NCBI RefSeq assembly: GCF_035594765.1
Contig: NC_085841.1
Span: 75,501,574 to 75,565,573 of the forward strand
DNA length: 64,000 nt
Direction of reading: 5' to 3'
Source: Anolis carolinensis
Taxonomy: Eukaryota
Made by a program: the position numbers and the translations under genes. Each line of letters begins with the position of its first letter. The first letter of the stretch is position 1. The notes below the pieces were generated by a model that did no database searches, was not told the origin of the DNA, and saw only the letters and a list, made by a program, of their open reading frames with translations. Shown here piece after piece: positions 11,606-24,178 of the stretch.

Positions 11606-12437
11606 TACTAGAAGATGACCACAGAGTTGCAATAGGGACCTATAAATCTGCCAGCCCCCACCAAAATCCCCCCTCAGTCCTATTGAATTCCCCAACCCCA
11701 CCCCTTTCTGATAGGTGAAAGACATTTGAGATTAATTGTAACCAAACAAGAAACAAGACATGACTTATTTCTGCTAAACACAGTTTAACATTTAGATGGC
11801 AGTCTATTGTACAGTTCAGCTACAATGGAAGTGTAACGGCTGGCAATATTAGAGATGGAAATGGGGTGTTCACTGCCTAGTGAAAGATTGGATTTATTCT
11901 TAAAAGGCAAAATAGTGATGTAACATATGAAGACATGTATTTGGTCTTTATATACAGTATTGATGGGTAAAATGAAGAATTATATGTATTATGCTTCCTT
12001 TGTGCAATCTGCTGAATAGCCAAAAGCCTAACTGAAGAAAAATAGTACTAAATAGTCTGTGGGGTTTGAAGTTGCTACCCCAGATTAGTACATTCAAATT
12101 TAATTACGACCACACATAATCGGTTAAAAAAAACCTTTAAAACATCATCTGTACAAAATAAAAATCTGTCTCCAGGAAGATACTCTTTCTGCTTTTGAAT
12201 TATAACTTTTTTTCTTGCCATGAAAATCAAGACAAATAGAGGATCAATAGTCTGAGAGCCAATAAAGCAGTTGCCCTGTTATTTAAAAATAGTAATATCC
12301 TCCTCTTTAAATGTTCACTAATAAATAGTACCTGAAATCTATATCTCAGGCTTCTGCTGCATCTTTTATTGTTCAAATCTGTCAGTGTGGAAAGACATTG
12401 GGGGGGGGGGGTGGACTAATGCCCTATTTATTTGGTA

Positions 12438-13415
12438 CTAGCTTAGGAACCTGGCGTTGCCTGGGTTATTTGAAAAAGTCCTTTTTTAATTGTACAAAAT
12501 GAATACAGTTGTGGGTGAACTACAACTCACAGCATGCCAGGTTAACCCCTGACACTCCATCAGTACTTAATTTGTCATCTTGGGAAAGTTTGCTTTCTAG
12601 ATGCATCATTGGTGGGGATCTGTGTGGTCTCTGGCTGCATAGTGAACTACAGCTCCCACCATGGTGGGTCAGTTCCCCTCAAAACCCTCAGTATGTTCAG
12701 TTGGTCATGGTGGTTCTTTGTGCCAAGTTTGGTCCCAGTCTATTGTCAGTGGGGGTCATGGTGTCTCCATATGTAGGTGAACTACAACTCCCAAAAAGCA
12801 AGGTCATTCTCTCCCAAACCCCTCCAGTATTCAAATTTCGGCATATCAGGTATGTGTGCCAAGTTAGATCCAGGTCCATTGTTGGTGGGGGTCAGAGTGC
12901 TCTTTGATTGCAGGTGAACTATAAATCCCGGTACCTACTCCCAAATGTCAAGGCCAGTTCCCCCCAAATCCCTCCAGTATGTTCTGTTGGTCTTGGGGGT
13001 TCTGTGTGCCAAATGTTGTCCAGGTCCATTGTTGGTGGGGGTCACAGTGCTGTGTCTTGATGCAGGGTGAACTACAACTTACATCCTGTTGAATCAGTCC
13101 CCTACCCCCATCCCCAGTATGTTTGGTTGCTGGTCAATTCCTCTGTTTGCTGTGTGCCATAGGAAAGGGTAGGAAAGGGTTAAGGGAGAGGCTGTGGCCA
13201 GGGTCATGCAAATTCCCCACCAATAGAGATAATGAGAGACACTGGGATGTGATGCTCACTATAACCTGCAATGTCACTGGAGGGGAGGGCCATTGGTGTT
13301 TCCTACAAGGTGGGAAATATAGCTCTTTGGGGAGGCGGGAGTCTGTCTGTGTAAGTGGACACCTCCACCACATACACACTTACACATTGTCACCTTTATT
13401 GTGTATATAGATAGA
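12438..13415 (-). mobile_element. Non-autonomous Helitron with internal ~130-150-bp tandem repeats
   Basis: On - strand: A|TC 5' end, 3' hairpin ACCCAGGC-AAC-GCCAGGT then CTAG|T, no TSD; repeat unit GGTGAACTACAACTC...GTGTGCCAAGTT...TCCATTGTTGGTGGGGG starts near 12514, 12642, 12776, 12914, 13066. Confidence 0.7.
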
Positions 13416-13476
13416 TACCATGTGTACTCCCTGTTCTTGTAGTTTTATAAATTTTGGCAATGTTTTCTTGCCTTAG

Positions 13477-13659
13477 GAATTTTTATCTGAAACTGAAAGT
13501 GGCCAACATAAATTAAATTTGGCGGCATCCAAAGGAGAATTATTAACTTCTATTTTGCCTGAAGAAAAAGCTAAATCTGTCCAAGCTAAAGTTGCATCAG
13601 CTAAAGAAGACTGGAAAAAGTTTATCTCCATGCTACATCAGAAGGAAACCACTTTGGAG
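13477..13659 (+). CDS. SYNE1: SYNE1 exon w9 (183 nt, 0-0)
   Basis: gccttag|GAATTT...TTGGAG|gtacaa; EFLSETESGQHKLNLAASKGELL. Confidence 0.92.
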
Positions 13660-13829
13660 GTACAAGTCAATCAAAAACATAGAACTTAATCAGAAACATT
13701 TTTCTTGCTCTTTGCTGGTATGCTCTAAAAATAGAAATACATCAGTTTGGATTTTTCAGAAAAACTGCAGAGTCTTTGAGACCATCAGTAATGTGAAGCC
13801 ACTCATGCATTTCCTTCATATTTTCTTAG

Positions 13830-13973
13830 AACTTAAAGGTTCAGATGAAAGACTTTGAAGCTAGTGCAGAACCTCTTCAAGCCTGGTTAAATGAAACCCA
13901 GAAAACAGTACAAGAAAGCAGCAATCGTCTCCATGATCTCCCAGCTAAAAAGAGAGAACAGCAGAAACTGCAG
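13830..13973 (+). CDS. SYNE1: SYNE1 exon w10 (144 nt, 0-0)
   Basis: ttcttag|AACTTA...CTGCAG|gtgatg; NLKVQMKDFEASAEPLQAWL. Confidence 0.92.
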
Positions 13974-14212
13974 GTGATGATAACACAATGACCTTAAGTT
14001 TGGTTTTCTTTAAACAATTTCTTGGGTCAGAGGTTCTTGATTTCATGCTTTGCTTTCACATCTCATGCCTGGGTCAGTTCAAAGCACTGAGATTTATCCT
14101 TTGTGTCTGGCAAATGCTCCTCAATCTTTGAGTAACATAAGATGCATTTCAGTTTGTTGTATGCTTCAACACTGTGTATCAGCAAGTGCTTTTGTAATAT
14201 AGAGTAGGATAG

Positions 14213-14537
14213 GTAAAGGTTTCCCCCTGACTTTAAGTCTAGTCATGTCTGACTCTGGGGGTTGATGCTCATCTCCATTTCTAAGTCGAAGAGCCGGAGT
14301 TATACATAGATACCTCCAAGGTCATGTGGCTGGCATGACTGCATGGTGCACCGTTACCTTCCCGTTGAAGCGGTACCTATTGATCTACTCACATTTGCAT
14401 GTTTTCGAACTGTTTGTTTGGCAGAAGCTGGGGCTAACAGTGGGAGCTCACCCTGTTACCCAGATTTGAACCGCTGACCTTTCAGTCAGCAAGTTCGGCA
14501 GCTCAGCAGTTTAATCCGCTGCATCACTGAGGGCTCC
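14213..14537 (-). mobile_element. Full-length Sauria SINE
   Basis: - strand begins GGAGCCCTCAGTGATGCAGCGGATTAAAC (tRNA-like head) and ends ACCTTTAC; 14-bp TSD atagagtaggatag at 14199-14212 and 14538-14551. Confidence 0.9.
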
Positions 14538-15200
14538 ATAGAGTAGGATAGATATCTTTTAATAACTGATCCTCCCCTTTTTCTTTTTCTTTTTTTAAAA
14601 AAGAATTAGAAGGGTCATACAATGGACACTTATTAGGCATCATTGGAAGCAAGTTGGTACCTTTATTCATGTTCAACCGTGCTAAAAAAAACCAAACATG
14701 TATTCTGAAAATGTCTACACATTCAGTTTTTTGTTTGATCATTTTCATTGTCATTATGATCTTACTATTAAAATAGAATAACATTAATACAAGTTCACAG
14801 ACTTCCATAAATAGGAGATATTTGTTAGTAATGAAACATTTTTTCGTAGACATCTGTGATACCCAAGTAGTCACATTCCTACACAAAACTTACAATCACA
14901 AGTGGACTGGAGGGAAAAGAGGTTTGTGCACTTTTCCATTAAAACATATTCTGATGTGTTTGCTGAGCAAATGTCTGCAAGAGAGCCAATGTTTTGGGGA
15001 GATTTCCCTTAATCTCCCCCCAAACATAACAGACATGTGACAAATGTACACTTTATTCTTATCGTCTGGAGAGTCTTAGTGTCTCTTACGCTTAGCACAA
15101 CTTTGCTGATGGCCATCCTTTTAATTTTCTTGCTACTTGCCTTCTTCTTGGCGTGCTTTGTTGCATTTACACTTAACAGCAACATGCTTATGCTTTACAG

Positions 15201-15356
15201 TCTGTCCTTGAGGAAATAAGGTGTCATGAGTCTCAGCTCAACAGACTAAAAGAAAAAGCACAGCAGCTTTGGGAAGAACAAGCTGCCAGCAAAAACTTCA
15301 TGCACAGAGTATCTCAGTTATCTTCTCAATATCTTGCTCTGAGCAATATAACCAAG
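15201..15356 (+). CDS. SYNE1: SYNE1 exon w11 (156 nt, 0-0)
   Basis: tttacag|TCTGTC...ACCAAG|gtaatg; SVLEEIRCHESQLNRLKEKAQQLWE. Confidence 0.92.
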
Positions 15357-15413
15357 GTAATGCGCTTGTCTCTGCATGCTTTTATGTGATAAAGAAAAAC
15401 ACCTACTCAAACT

Positions 15414-15449
15414 ATAATAATAATAACAATAACAACAATAATAATAATA
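15414..15449. repeat. (AAT/AAC)n microsatellite between 34-bp direct repeats
   Basis: Direct repeat at 15380-15413 and 15450-15483 with 2 mismatches. Confidence 0.85.
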
Positions 15450-15494
15450 TTTTATGTGATAAAGAAAACCACTTACTCAAACTCAGCAATTCTA

Positions 15495-15792
15495 CAGGAA
15501 GTCCCTGAGTTACAAACATCGAACTTACAAACAACTCATAGTTACAAATGGGGGTGAGACAACAGGAAGTGAGCGAAATCTACCTCTCTGAAGGGAAATT
15601 CACTTCTGAATGAGTTATCATGGGGAAAAAGTCTCTCCACTGACGCTTTCTCACCAGTCCTTGTTTTCACAACAAGCCAGATGTTTCATAATCTGATTAA
15701 TCACACTGAGCTGAAATCTTCTGAACAGGTTCACAGACAGCAAACAAATACCACAGGGGTGATAAACCTTCCCTATGCTATCCAAAGATAAA

Positions 15793-15836
<44 letters not shown>

Positions 15837-15942
15837 TATTTTCTGGAGGTACTCTTAAAAATGTTCCAACTTTTTTACAAACAAATTCTACTTAATAACA
15901 GACCTATAGAACCTTTCTTGTTCATAACTTGGGGACTGCCTG
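15495..15942. mobile_element. Tc1/mariner-Tigger-like MITE with internal (GATA)(GACA) microsatellite
   Basis: TA|CAGGAAGTCCCTGAGTTAC ... ATAACTTGGGGACTGCCTG|TA; body homologous to 46585..47055. Confidence 0.8.
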
Positions 15943-17484
15943 TATTTATATATAGTGTTGTATCTTTTTGTGTGTAAAAGCTCATATCTAGGTTTCATAC
16001 TGGCAATATAGCATATACACTAATGCATGGATCCAGTTCCAACTCACAACTATAGCAGATCCACTGAATCAGTGGGAACTTAGTAGTTCAGCATTTATGT
16101 TAGCTTCATTGATTCATTATATGAACTCCGGTTGGGCTAAAAGTGAATGTGAGTCATACTCAGGTTAATACTCTGTTTCATTCCAATAGTATAAATTGAT
16201 GAAAAATATTAAAGCTACATCCCAAAAATGAGCATGTGTAATCACTGTGGAAAAACATGGATCAGGACACAAGGGGGGGGGGGGGAAGAGAGAGAGAAGG
16301 TAGAATCTTTCCATTGTTTTCTGTGGTATTCTGTCTTGAAAGAACATGGAGAATTTGCTCACTCCCATCACACAGGATCCACCTCTGCCCATTTCCTAAA
16401 ATAAAAAACCAGCACCCAAAAAGGGGGTGCGACTATTATGCGATGGTGGCTATTATGTGATAACATACAGTAATGTATGTGATAACATACAGTAATTGTC
16501 AGTTCTTTTCTGTGTCTGATTTATAATGGCTGCAGAAGGCACATTGAGGGGAGTGAAAAGACATGGAAATGCATGAACTAAAAATGGACTAATACACCAT
16601 TTCCTATCCCATGAAAAATGCCTGTTTCTAAATATTTCTAAGTGCAGGGGAATGAGTGGAGCCGATTTCAATCCATCTTTGAAATCCACCAATTTCTACA
16701 TGATGTGAAGACCGAAACCCATGGGCAACTCATGGAATGCATCATGCATCGTTTGATGGGAACCATGGAATTTTGTCTTTGAAGCATGTAGAAATGGGGA
16801 GGGTACCTCCCATATGATTAGGTCCTAATAGTGATATTTTTTTAAAAAACCACCCACCATATTATACATTTTTATACTCAATCAAGTAGAAATGTGCTTT
16901 ATTGGGTGAGTAAGAGACGTGGTGGTGGTTTCAATTGACTGATGGTTCTGTAGACTAGAATTATACCATAGTCTTCCGATTGTGATTTCAGGCAATTTTA
17001 TGGTTGGTTCATTAGTGTGCCATAATATACAATACAAAAGGAATAGGATAAAGTTGACATGTTACATAATTACCATGTATACTCCCATTATGCCCATAAA
17101 AGCATACATATGCTTTAAATGTACTTATGACATGATGTAGAGAAGCAGAGTTTCTTATCATATGCATTATGTTGAAGTAAAACAAGAAAAATAAATGTAT
17201 TCCTGCTATAAATTATGAGTGCATGTGATATATGTGGTATGCATACACATATTATTTACCATGTATTAAGCAGTTCTGGGAAGGTTTCATTTTTGTATCT
17301 GGCAGATGGACCTTAAGCAAAAGCACATAAGGAGAATTCAGTACAGTGGAGCCTTCTAATTTTCTACCCCTTGACTCATCCTGAATGTAGCCTTCTGAGA
17401 TGTCCCTTTCTGATTTTTTTCAACTCTAGTGGAATGGTAGATTGTCTGAATGGTTGGTAATGTTAACATCTGTATGAATTTAAG

Positions 17485-17649
17485 GAAAAGGTCTCCAGAA
17501 TGGACAGAATTGTAGCCGAGCACCAACATTTCTCTCATGATCTGAAAGAGCTTCAGGACTGGATGTCAGATGCAATTCAGATGCTAGAGTCTTATTGCCA
17601 TCCCACTGCAGATAAAAATGCCCTTGATAGTAGAATGGCAAAGCTTGAG
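17485..17649 (+). CDS. SYNE1: SYNE1 exon w12 (165 nt, 0-0)
   Basis: atttaag|GAAAAG...CTTGAG|gtaaga; EKVSRMDRIVAEHQHFSHDLKELQDW. Confidence 0.9.
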
Positions 17650-17715
17650 GTAAGAGAACATAACAAATCCCCAACTCTTATGTTTTTCATTAAACATTTC
17701 TATTCATATTGACTA

Positions 17716-17931
17716 CAGTCAGCCCTCTGTATCCGTGAATTCTATTTCCACAGATTAAAGCATCTTGAAAGTATTTCAACCAAAATTTCCAACAGTAAAT
17801 CTTGATTTTGCTATTTTATAGAAGGAACACTAGTTTGCCACTATATACAGTAGGACTTTAGTATCCCTGGATTTTGGTATCCCTCAGGGGTCCTGGAAAC
17901 CAATCCCAGCAGATACCAAATACCCACTCTG
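17716..17931. mobile_element. Tigger-like MITE
   Basis: TA|CAGTCAGCCCTCTGTATC ... GATACCAAATACCCACTCTG|TA; related fragment at ~47650-47797. Confidence 0.6.
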
Positions 17932-18301
17932 TATGAACACAGTTTCTTTCTATTTTTTTGGTACTAGCATCAAAAAAGTCTTTTACAAGTGTACTTTTCA
18001 GGAGTAAAAATCTGTTTTCATATCAGTTTTATTTCAAACTAGAGAGCTTTTGGAATCAAAGCATTTTAGTGTAAATCAGGTGGGATAATTTACAAATGTT
18101 CAAAGTGAAAATTTGATGAGGTTTATTTTGCTATAATCAAATTCCAGACTAAAACAAACCATGAACTTTAAAAAAAATCAAACATGTGTACTTGTGTATG
18201 TGAAAGAGAGGAAGTATGTGTGTGAGAAGAGAGTTCTTTCCATGTGCAGTAACATGCACATGTTTTAGTAATATTGGAAACATAGACTGTTTGTATTCCA
18301 G

Positions 18302-18474
18302 GGGCTGCTTTCAATAAAACAAGAAAAAGAAATTCAAATGAAAATGCTGCTGACCAGAGGAGAATCTGTTTTGCAAAATACATCACTAGAAGGAGTGCCT
18401 GTAATAGAACAGCAGTTAAGAACTCTTAAGGACTCTTGGGCTTCTTTATTGTCTGCTTGTATTCATTGCAAAAG
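18302..18474 (+). CDS. SYNE1: SYNE1 exon w13 (173 nt, 0-2)
   Basis: attccag|GGGCTG...CAAAAG|gtaaac; GLLSIKQEKEIQMKMLLTRGESVLQNTS. Confidence 0.92.
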
Positions 18475-19332
18475 GTAAACAGAGATCTGAACACTGAAAG
18501 GACATGGGTACAATCCACATGTACATGGAATCAGAATTATGAGCAGTGGAAAATTAACCTTTTAAACCATTTCAATGTTAATAACTTACAGACATCTCTT
18601 GAGTTTTTTTACCCTTGAATCCTGTACTGGTTTTGGCAAGTGAAGTGTGCATAGTTTCGTGGGATATTTCATGATTTCTGTTTGCAAAATTTGCTTTATG
18701 TTTTTTCCCAAAATAGGTTCAGGATACAAGATTCCAAAAAGAGAAATAAGAATAAGAAAATAATGCCAAATGAGAATTTTGCAAATGTACAGCCTCAACA
18801 CAGTTACTAAGAAATGCCCTTGGACAGATCTCTTTCAGCCCCAGAGAGAGGCAATGGCAAACTTACTCTGAACAAATAATACCAAGAAAGCACATGAAAG
18901 GGCTGTCATAAAATGACATGAAGGCATTTTTAGTGAATTTACTACAGCCTCAGTCTTCTAATTGCTTTAAAAAACTACTGTTTAGAATCAGATTATATTA
19001 TTTTTCCATACAAATAATTATAGATAATATAAAGTTTGAAATCTGTTATAAAGTTATCTTAAATCTAATTTTATATATGGATCCATCCAATGGTTAGTAA
19101 TGGGAGTGCATGACAGTCACTGCATCTAGATATTTTCTACTTTCACAGCCGGAAGAATGAAATCAGCAGCAGTCAAATCAAGTAGTTCATGTTAGAATAT
19201 TATTACATCTCACTTCTATTCTCTTCCATCAACTGCATATTAGCTTGTTCTTCTTTGGACTCACATATTTTTTTAAAAACTTAAATTAATTGGCACTGTT
19301 TATTCTTCTGTGGTATTGCCTTTAAATTTCAG

Positions 19333-19486
19333 TCACCTGGAAGGAGCACTCTCCAAATGGACAAATTATCAGGATGATGTTCGACAGTTTACTAGCTGGA
19401 TGGACAAAGTGGAAACAATCATGAATGCTTCAGAAAGACAACATGCTGAACTGAGAGAGAAAAAATCTTCACTTGGTAAATCTAAG
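19333..19486 (+). CDS. SYNE1: SYNE1 exon w14 (154 nt, 2-0)
   Basis: atttcag|TCACCTG...TCTAAG|gttagt; HLEGALSKWTNYQDDVRQFTSW. Confidence 0.92.
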
Positions 19487-20559
19487 GTTAGTAGAAAGTC
19501 CATACTTCAAAAATTTTAACAGCATTTCTACATAAAAAGCAAGGCATTTACATGCTCCATTTCACCTTTGTGAAATGGTACAACGTACTGTGTTTGGATG
19601 CCAAAGGGCTGACCCTCATCTACATTGACCTATGTGATCAGTGTAGAAGAGAATTCTGCCTAGCTTCTAAAATTGGACAGAAAGAGGTTTGTCCAGGGTA
19701 TTTAGTGTAATTAAGCCATTGTAATAATAAAACCAGGATTAATTGAAAATAGTACAGAAAACAGAAATAAAAGGAACACACATTTGTTGTCTTTCACTTG
19801 GTATAATTATTTTCCCAGGGCTTATTATAGAAAGTCCTTGCAGAGAAAAAGCCCACTGGAATGGAACTAACTTGGGGTACTTCCACACATACCTAAAAAC
19901 CACATCCAAATGGGTTAAAGTAACCCGCTTCAGCATGGGTTCTAGTCCCCACCCCCTCCCACAACCCCAGGATTTCCCTCCCGGAGTGGCTACATGCTAT
20001 CCCAATTGAAATCAGAATAGCATGAAGCCACCCCAAAGCCCCTGATTTACCCCCTACAACTTACTGAAAAGGTCCCTGGCCACCATGGAGCCTCTCACAT
20101 CCTCGTGCAAGAAAATGATGCCTGAGGAGATGGGAGGGTTGAGGAGGAAAATCCTTTGAGGGCTGAGGGGAGGAGTGGCTGCTTTCCTGCACCTTTGGGC
20201 TCCAGGAGCCCAAAGGTGTGGAATAGTAGTGGAGATTGACCCCCAGGAAACATGTCCCAGTACTCAGTCTCCACAGGCCTAACACCTCATAACTCCCAGA
20301 TCTTTCAAAGCTTGGATTACAAGTCAGGTCAATAAATGGCCCATTAAATAATCATATATGGCATTTGGCCTCATCATTTCATACTTGCACTTAAAGTGCT
20401 TGTTCTTTTTTGACACTTCTTTGGAATGACTACAACTAATTTCATAAGATCCAAACAATAGGTAGGGAGGGAGGGAGGGAGGTAGATAGATAGATAGCCA
20501 AGGTTTCTGCAAAGGCCAGGACTACTTTCACACATCTAAAACTTGTCCACCCACTCTGC

Positions 20560-21170
20560 CCATTCATTGAAAAGTCCAATCTGGTCATAATGGTAAATGC
20601 TTTAGTTATGTCCCATTTGGATTACCATAACATGCTCTATTTGAAGCTGCCTATGAAGAGTATTAAGAAATCTTGGTGGATCCAAAAAAATGAGGGCTGA
20701 TGCTTAATCGGGGCTGATTACAGGAAGCACAAAATCTCCCTGTTGTAACAGCTCTATTGACTGCTGGTTCCAGGCTTTTTGACATTTTTTTAAAATCATA
20801 TCTCAAACTTGTCTGAACTCTGAGATCTACAGGAGAAACCCTTCTTTCAGTACCACCACCTTCACAAGCATAGCTGGTGGGAACACAAGAGAGGGTCTTC
20901 TCAGTCCTTGGGCTGTGGAAATCTCTTCCCAGAGAGGCTACAATGGCTCCCTGGAAGAGGCCCTGCTTCTTTCCTGTGGCAGACTAAAAACTCTTTATCC
21001 AGGCAGGCTTATAAAACAAAGTTTTATAATAATTTTGCTTAAAATTGTATTGTTTTTACGATTGTGAACCACATTAAGTCTTGATAAAGAAAGAAAGGGG
21101 TATAATGGAGTCTTTTATATAAAGAATAATAATAATAATAACAACAACAACAACAACAACAATAAAAATA
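20560..21170 (+). mobile_element. Old L2-like LINE 3' fragment ending in an (AAT)(AAC) microsatellite
   Basis: Decayed match to L2 ORF2 C-terminus (GGATTAC..ACATGCTCT; GCTGGTGGGAACACAAGAGAGGG..TTCTC..GTGGAA). Confidence 0.55.
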
Positions 21171-21471
21171 TAGATGGAAGTACACATCCCTATGAAAACT
21201 CCATAATCAGCCTTATGATGATATGGTTGCAACTTGAATCAACCCACCCACTGATAACTGTGATAAAGTATATCACTTTTGTTTCAGTCCTGAGCACTAG
21301 ATATGTCCAAAAATCATTTTGAATCTTATATCGGATTTATATCGGATTGTTCCCGCTTTTTGAGACGCATTCCGAGACGTTGTCTCATGGCGCAACTGGC
21401 AATGTAATTTGAACCATCGTTGGCCCATTCTCTAATTGTTTCTTAATGTTTTATTAATTTTTTCCCCCCAA

Positions 21472-21610
21472 NNNNNNNNNNNNNNNNNNNNNNNNNNNNN
21501 NNNNNNNNNNNNNNNNNNNNNNNNNNNNNNNNNNNNNNNNNNNNNNNNNNNNNNNNNNNNNNNNNNNNNNNNNNNNNNNNNNNNNNNNNNNNNNNNNNNN
21601 NNNNNNNNNN
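21472..21610. other. Assembly gap (139 N)
   Basis: Run of n. Confidence 1.
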
Positions 21611-22270
21611 CCCATCTCCCCGAAGGGACTCGGGGCGGCTTACATGGGGCCTTGCCCGATAAAACAATCAAATATCAAAATACAGCAATAAAACAGTTAT
21701 CCAATAAAAACATCAATTACAGTAAAAACAATCGTTAAAATCAACATAAAACATACAATATTAACACTGGAGACTAATTCATAGAACCCAGGCAAAGTGC
21801 AACATGTGCCGAAATGGGCCGAAATGGGGAAGGTAATTTCACAGTTGAAATGGACAAAGTGCAATATAGCATTGGCAACACCTCAAGAATGGGGCTATTA
21901 TAAAATGGGCAGATAGATCAGCCCGACACCAAATTAAGTATCAAAGGCCTTTTGAAAGAGCCAGGTTTTTAAGCTCCTACGGAAGGAGAGGAGGGTAGGG
22001 ACCTGTCTGATCTCTCTAGGGAGCGAGTTCCAAAGCCGGGGGGCCACGACGGAGAAGGCCCTCTCTCTTGTCCCCACCAACCGTGACTGCGAGGGTGGTG
22101 GGAGCGAGAGAAGGGCCTCCCTTGACGAGCGAAGAGAATGTGCGGGTTCGTAGGGGGAGATGCGGTCTCTAAGGTAGGTGGGTCCCAAACCATTTAGGGC
22201 TTTGTAGGTGATAACCTGCACCTTGAATTGGGCCCGGAAAGTAAATGGCAGCCAGTGAAGCTCCTTAAAC
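21611..22270 (-). mobile_element. 5'-truncated L2 LINE (ORF2 C-terminus and 3' UTR)
   Basis: ITYKALNGLGPTYLRDRI...RERAFSVVAPRLWNSLP...FRRSLKTWLF; 3' end GCCCCATGTAAGCCGCCCCGAGTCCC shared with 61288-61330. Confidence 0.85.
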
Positions 22271-22727
22271 CTACCTTGAATGGGAGCTTAGCGCAGCCTA
22301 ACATGGCTGCCGCTCCTCGGCCAATCAGAAGCTTCCACGATGGACGCAAAGATGGGGGCTAGGGTCCTCTGCGTCCATGTGGAAGATTGCCATAAAAGCC
22401 CGTTGTGTAGCCCGGGTGAGCCATTCTGGGCTGGGTTTTGTGCAGAGAGGGTGGTGGTCTGTAAACTGAGAGCAAGCAAGCCTCGTGTCTTGAGGGAGAG
22501 AGAGGGTGAAGGGGTTTGGAGGGGTTTGGAGAAGGGGTTAGGGTTTTGTTGCGGGTTCCTTCTCTTGTGAGTGTGTTAATTTTGGGTAGCGCTCAGCTAT
22601 TTAGAGCTGTGAATTCCAGGGTTATTTTTTCCATATTATTTTTAAAAAATCTAGCTTTCAATTTCGTTAAGAATAGTTCTTGCTGGATCATAGCATATCT
22701 TTGCAGAATCAGTAGTCTATTTCATTA

Positions 22728-23652
22728 AGAAGGCATTGCCTTTCAGGCTTGTGGGATCACATAGCCAGAGACACCATTGATTTTTCCAGTGTTCTTGCTT
22801 ACAAATATAGCAAGGGAATTTATAGTTTTCAAAGTATCTGTGCACTCCTTGCCAGGGCATTGGCCAGCTTGCTCACAGGTACAATACCAAAGGAAGGCAA
22901 GGCATTGCCTTTGTGGCTTGTGGGATCACATAGCAAGACACACCATTGATTTCCAGTGTCCTTCTTGCTTAAAAATATAACAAGGGAATTTCTAGTTTTC
23001 AAAGTTTCTTTGCACACCTTGCCAGAGCATTGGCCAGGTTGGTCACTGGTACATTAACAAAGGAAGACATTGAGTTTGGGGCTTGTGGGAGCACATAGCA
23101 AGACATAGCATTGCATTCCAGTGTCTTTTTTTCCTAAAAAAATTACAAAGGGAATCTCTAGTTTCCAAAGTTCCTTTGCACACAGTGCCTGAGCATTGCC
23201 TGGCTTGGCCACAGGTACATTTCCTAATGAAGGCATTGGGTTTGGGGCTTCTTGGAGCGCATAGCAAGACATAGCATTGATTTCTACTGTCCTTTTTCCT
23301 TAAAAATATAACAAAGGGAATTTCTAGTTTTCAAAGTTACTTTGCACACCATGCTGGAGCATTGCCTGGCTTGGTCACAGGTACATTTCCAAAGGAAGGC
23401 ATTGAGTTTGGGGCTTGTGGGAGCACATAGCAAGACATAGCATTGAATTCCAGTGTCCTTTGTCCTAAACAATATTACAAAGGGAATCTCTAGTTTCCAA
23501 AGTTCCTTTGCACACAGTGCTTGAGCATTGCCTGGCTTGGTCACAGGTACATTTCTTAATGAAGGCTTTGGGTTTGGGGCTTCTGGGAGCGCATAGCAAG
23601 ACATACCATTGATTTCCAGTGTCCTTTTTCCTTAAAAATATTACAAAGGGAA
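22728..23652. repeat. ~166-bp tandem repeat, about 5.5 copies, with A/B dimer structure
   Basis: Unit AAGGCATTG..GGCTTGTGGGA.CACATAGCAAGACA..CATTG..TCCAGTGTC...TTTGCACAC...TTGG.CACAGGTACA repeats near 22728, 22898, 23059, 23226, 23392, 23558. Confidence 0.9.
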
Positions 23653-24178
23653 AATCAGACACAGAAACAAAGTTACACAAGTAGAAGAAGGACTTTCACA
23701 TTAAAAAAAACACAATTGAACAGGAAATAAAACTTTCAAACCAGGAACAGGTTTCTTCAATTATTAAAAAAATAGTTTATTATAAAAGCTATAAAAATTC
23801 GCCAAAAATCGGAGGATACAGGAAACGTTCTGCAATTTGGTGAGCTAGGAGGGTTGAATGTGTTCTCCCACTGTACCAAATTTGATCAGGATAGCTCAAG
23901 AAATGAGAGCGGGGGAGCCCTGTAAAAGTCCCCATGGGTGCTGGGTTTTTTTTTTGGCGATTGCGCATGCGCGTCCGCCATTTTAGAAACATTTAGAAAC
24001 ATTACGAATTTTCAGAAATATCCGAATTTTTTGAGGGAAAAATCGGAAATAGTTTCTATATCGAAGCGCCGGCGCCCCCTACTTTAGAAACAATAATTGA
24101 AACATTTTTTTCATCGATCGGACATGCCTACTGAGCATATATAAACTAAAATGAAAATATCTGTGTTTCAGTATATTT

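Larger units (their letters stand above)
21298..24130. mobile_element. Non-autonomous hAT element (spans the gap; carries a nested L2 and an internal satellite)
   Basis: Ends TAGATATGTCC / GGACATGCCTA (11-bp TIR, 2 mismatches); 8-bp TSD ctgagcac / ctgagcat. Confidence 0.7.

Noticed and set aside
21432-21738. ORFs containing poly-X
   Set aside because: Artefacts of the N gap.
22749-23680. Several short similar ORFs (CYVLLCAP...)
   Set aside because: Frames shift between repeat units; non-coding satellite.
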